DNA of 64,000 nt from Auanema rhodensis (lineage: Eukaryota; Animalia; Nematoda), in contig OZ059897.1 in the NCBI GenBank assembly GCA_964057225.1, forward strand, positions 7,688,001 to 7,752,000, given 5' to 3'. The notes under the pieces were generated by a model. The model did not search any database, had not been told where the DNA came from, and saw only the letters and a program-made list of their open reading frames with translations. This document shows positions 59,406 through 64,000 of the stretch, one piece after another (the first letter of the stretch is position 1; every line of letters starts with the position of its first letter). The position numbers and the translations under genes are program-made.

Positions 59406-62400
59406 GAGTAAGGTGATTTCGCGAACATGGAGTTAGTTGTGGTCAGAAAGGATAGAACCCGTCTGACAATCTGTGAACTACTAACAGTACGCTAACACAT
59501 CAGTTTACGAAGAATTCGAATCGAACTCCACCCAACGACTGTGTCTTGAAATTTTCTATTTTAGGCTTTTTATTTCCTGCAGATGATAGTAACGATGATG
59601 ATGTCGGTGGCGGTGACAACGTTAGACGACAACTATTACCTGCGTGTAGAACAACAAATACCACACCCTACATTTCTGTCATTGGTAATCATCAATAACC
59701 GCCAACGCGATCCTCGTTGTTGTCGTCGTCGTCATTATTTAAACTTTGTCATTTACCTAGTAAGGTGAGTATTCGAATGTGGGTGTAGAGAATTGAGCAC
59801 AAAAAGTACAAAACAACAGATTTTGAAATCAGAAGGCTATCAGTGGTCAGTCAACTGGCTTAGCTTTTTTTCTTTGGTCTTACGTATAAGGAGGTCTAAT
59901 CGGAGAAAGGAAAGATCGTTTGTGTTTTATGAATATAATTTGGACAACGTTGATAACTTAGTAATGCTGAAAATTAGCTTGCCGACAAATATGATTTTCC
60001 AGCTCAGATGAGAGATGAAAAGAGAACGAATGACTTATTTCACGATTGGAATAAGTGACGCTGTCTAACCAGTTTCAGACATAGGGTTAGTTTTTATATG
60101 AAATTTTAATGCTTTTTTTCATATAGTTTTATTATACATTTTGCTTTTTCGTTGAACGAGATCAAAAGAAATGGCGAATATTTTGGTTGCTGCTGATTGA
60201 ATATGATAAGAGGAGTGTGAGAAAAAAAATTAAACGAATGAAGATGATACTGGGCAGAGGGTTGACATGTGTTGCGAAACACATCATCGTCATCATCTGA
60301 AGCACGAAATAGGTCGGGACAAGAATTCGTAGTGCTGCCACCAGATTGAAATGGTGCAGATTAACGGCGTCTAGGCAAATACTCTATACTAATCAAGCTT
60401 TTTCTTTGTCGTTGTCTGTTTCATCTTTAACGAAAACGACGACGAATAACCTGACGATGTTTCGAATTTCGCCTAGGAAAACGATGAGTAGAAGAAGATG
60501 AACTATAGAACGATAGACCGATAGAGAGATGAAGCGATAGATTGACAGAGAAACTAAAAATAGAGAGAGAGAGTCAAGCACAGAGCAACGAGTACAGAGC
60601 AGAACGAATGAGGTAGCTAGAAAGGTTAACGCTAATGATAGACAATAGTGCTTTTTCCACGTTCTGTTAGCATTTTAACGCCAACGCATATTCTATGTGT
60701 TACGCGAGAGAACATTGAAATAAGAAGAAAATGTCTAATACCGTAGTGGAAATGAATAGAAAAGAAAAAAAGTTTCATCGGGATATGAATGATGCTCATC
60801 TTCATGTATCTTCAATAGAAATGGTGAATTCATCTTTGAAGAAAAAACAAAGTATTTTCCTATTTAATTGCTCACAGATTTACAGATTAGCATGATGTAT
60901 ATGTCGATTTGCATGATTATTATAACCATATACACATGAATATATATACATAAAACATAGGATGATGGTCCTGGTATTCATTCTTCCTCTAGTGAAAGGA
61001 AGTATGAAATCAGTAGTTAGATGTGACAAGTGCCAAAACCTGATCACAACAATTTCTGAAAAAAGACAAACAGAGATTTCGACTACATACCGCAGGTTTT
61101 TACTAGTTTTTTTATTTTCAAAATCATTCATCGAAGAAGATTATACTTATATGAATATCGTTTGTTCATAACTATACAGAACGAAAGGAAAATTATAATT
61201 ATTTCTTTATTTTAGAATTACAAACATCTTCACGTAGCACGTCAAAATTACGTCGAACAATCACGTGGAATCATTGGCATTCGTTTCCAGAACCACGACA
61301 GGAACGGTTGAGCTTTTAATCCTTTTTCAAATTTCAATTTTCTCTTTCTTTTTTTAACAAAACGATTTACTCATATCATATAGTTTTTCTATGCAAATCG
61401 GGCAAGGGTTGATGATTGTATCAGAGTTATGAAAGCCAGAAATTGAAAGTTTCATATATGTTTGAGTTATGAATTTAAATTGGACAATTGCCAAAGGAAA
61501 ACTTGACCATCACAGACAAAAGTTTCAAATTTGTCTTAAAGCTTAATGAGCATAAGCAAATAACCTAGCAGGTTTTGACAACCCACCCACACAATTTGCA
61601 ATCTTGACTGGAAAAAGTCAAATTTTTATGTTTAAAACAGTGAAATGATACAAATATTAGAATATATTATAAGGCAATAGAAACTATGAATTTAATTGTA
61701 GTAGTTTGATGAAGGAAATTAAAGAACAAGCTTGCCTGATCTAAGACTGATTGTGTCGCTTTGCTGCTATTGGAATGAGAAGGAGACGTCAGGCTGTCTG
61801 ATGCGTTTTAGTTCAATATATAGGTGTGAAGCAATAGGGAATCATCAACATTGGGGAGGATGATAGTGACCTGTATCTTACTTTCTCCACCTCCTTCTCC
61901 ACCTTGTTTCTTCAGACGCTGTCGAGGACCACCAACCACACCCAAGATCAGTGGCCATTCCTGATTCATCTAATAAAACGAGATGCCGGTAGTACTTTGA
62001 TGACTAATACATCAAACCTTCTACTGAAAAAAACGACAATGAAAAAGAATAAGAATAGCTTGAAGAGTTGAAAACGAAAAAGGACAGTAACGTAAAGATA
62101 GCAGAATCCTTTGTGAACTAGGAATCCCTCATCTTTTCAATGTTATCATGATGGCCAATGAATAGATAATACAACAGAAGTCATTGACAAAACTACAACG
62201 ATACTCTTGCTGGCTAATAGAGCTTTCCGACGACAACGCATCGTAGTCATCATCATCATCGCAACATCTGAAGTTGTACTGGACGATAGATCTGAACAAG
62301 AGAACTGAGAAATGGACGAAAAGAAAGTTTTTTTTTGAGAATAAAAGATATGAAAAGTTGATTCACATCATCTGTATTACCTTTTTAGTTTCATAACAAC

Positions 62401-64000
62401 CTAACGTTGTAGCATTGTTATCATATTCTGCGTCAACGTTTTCATTTATTTTTTGACAAAATTTCATTTCGTTCTTTCTCAAATATATTTAGAAATGTCT
62501 CAACTGTTTTTCTAAGGGTACTAAGTTAAAAAAACTGTTTAAAAATTTAAATCCAAATAATCTTTAAGGTTTTTTCTTTAATCAATGTTAGATGATTAGA
62601 GATGAAGTAACTTAAACGTTAAGGGATAGATGTCCGATGTTTGGACTTCAGATGTTGCGAGTATGCACAGTAAGCCGACTAGAAAAAGCTAGAAATTGAC
62701 TAAATACAACAAAGCATTAAGAAAAAGAAAAATTTCTGAGCAAAGCAACAAAGATTACTTTTATATAATTGCTTTTCTCAATCTCCTTTAAGCAAAATTA
62801 TTTTTTCATGAAAATCTCTAGCATTTTCCATTTTCTTGAGATAATTCTTTTCAGCCTGTATTAATAGTAGATCAAACTTTAAATTTGCTTAATTATTTAC
62901 CTTAGAGCCTTGTTCACTCCACATGCGTTCGATGGCCGTCAAACGATGATCCCATGAAGTATGATCGTCATGCATCAACAAGAATCCTAATAACCTCTTG
63001 CATCTTGCTATAATGCACTGAGGGCTTTTCTTCCTTTTACCTTATCCTCTTCCCCCATCTTTACTCAACATATTGCCACCGTAATCCGCTTACTAGAGAC
63101 TTGACTGTTTGCATTGCTTTGACTTTGCTTCGGACCATGCGCAAGCAAATTCCCTTACTTGCTTCTCATAATATTTCTGTTAAAATTTTTGTTTGAGGGT
63201 TTTACTAAATGATTATTTAGCGCTAGTAATAGTACAGAAAAACGTGTTAAGTTTGTTGCCCAGATTCAATGTAGATCAGCCTGAAATGCATTGCTATACA
63301 ATCTGATATCTTGCAGCCTGCAGTGCCTTTAGCTGATCGAAGTTCACGTTTCTTTCTTCTTGTCCAACCAAAAAAAATTATTTGATTGAATTGACCAAAA
63401 AAGCAATAATTTCACAAAATAAACATTGACATAGTTATGATAAATTTCTTTTTTTTTCTTCAACCAAAAGTAAACTTTCATTTGAAATAAAAAGAAATGG
63501 CCCATGTACTTTCTTTCTTTTATGTGCGAAGAACAGCAACAGGTAATCAAGCAAGGGAAGCTGAAATGAAAAATAAAAAAAAGAAATTCTTGCAATTTGC
63601 ATACATTAGCAAGTAATATATTCATTTAATTATATTTCTAATGTTTGTTTAGAAAACAGATGCAATTGTGACCATATTCTGATGAATCTCTCGCCATCGC
63701 CTGACAACGCTGGTGGCCCATCAGCTTTGCTTCTACATTCCAAATACTTCAAAGATGCATCCTTTCTCTGTTTCTTCTGCTTCTTTCGCCTTTTCTTCTT
63801 TTTCGTGTACCGTAAGTCGAGCTTTTTGTGTATTTCATGTACTTATAGATAGCAAAGCGAATAGCAAACACCCAGGAACATCTAGTATTCTCTTTCATAA
63901 TTTTTCTGTTTCCTTCTATAATCTCATCTCTTTCTCTATTTAAGATAAAAAATAAAATTAAAATTTTAATTAATTGAATTTTATTTAAAAAAAAAAGAAA

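Noticed and set aside
49753-60581. Many 60-150 aa ORFs (SLSLSL, RERERE, poly-V/S)
   Set aside because: Products of (GA)n and trinucleotide microsatellites or AT-rich non-coding DNA. The exception is 52996-53220, which contains the real ifb-1 first exon.
61700-63940. Possible degraded multi-exon gene on the minus strand
   Set aside because: Patches of coding-like composition and splice-like sites, but frequent stops and no recognisable domain, so no model can be supported.

Overview
AT-rich nematode genomic DNA (short GT-AG introns, TTTCAG-type acceptors, an ifb-1-type intermediate filament gene). About 2.6-42.6 kb is a head-to-tail array of roughly 108 full-length minus-strand tRNA-Lys(UUU) genes (73-nt tRNA in a 261-bp unit, with a 259-bp spacer variant), plus one split and two half copies. 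Two different, apparently very young, pol-less LTR elements interrupt the array. Element 1 (21613-25154, minus strand) has identical 338-bp LTRs with non-canonical CG...CG ends, a 4-bp TSD, a tRNA-Gln PBS, a cloverleaf-like U5 and an antisense intron-containing cargo gene. Element 2 (26561-34315, plus strand) is a BEL/Pao (Cer7/Cer13/Atlas-like) derivative inserted in the T-arm of a tRNA gene. It has identical ~416-bp LTRs and a tRNA-Gly PBS, and encodes [N-terminal region + integrase C-terminal tail + SIM-like/NLS-like linker + phlebovirus-like Gn/Gc Env] and a separate three-zinc-knuckle protein, but no PR, RT, RNase H or integrase core. Each LTR also carries an 11-12 nt segment complementary to the D-arm of its own primer tRNA. 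43.2-53.1 kb holds ifb-1 with 12 shared exons and three alternative first exons, one encoding a 389-aa repeat-rich head. The rest is mostly non-coding DNA with microsatellites. All counts, alignments and folds were done by eye, and reference tRNA and protein sequences were recalled, not searched.
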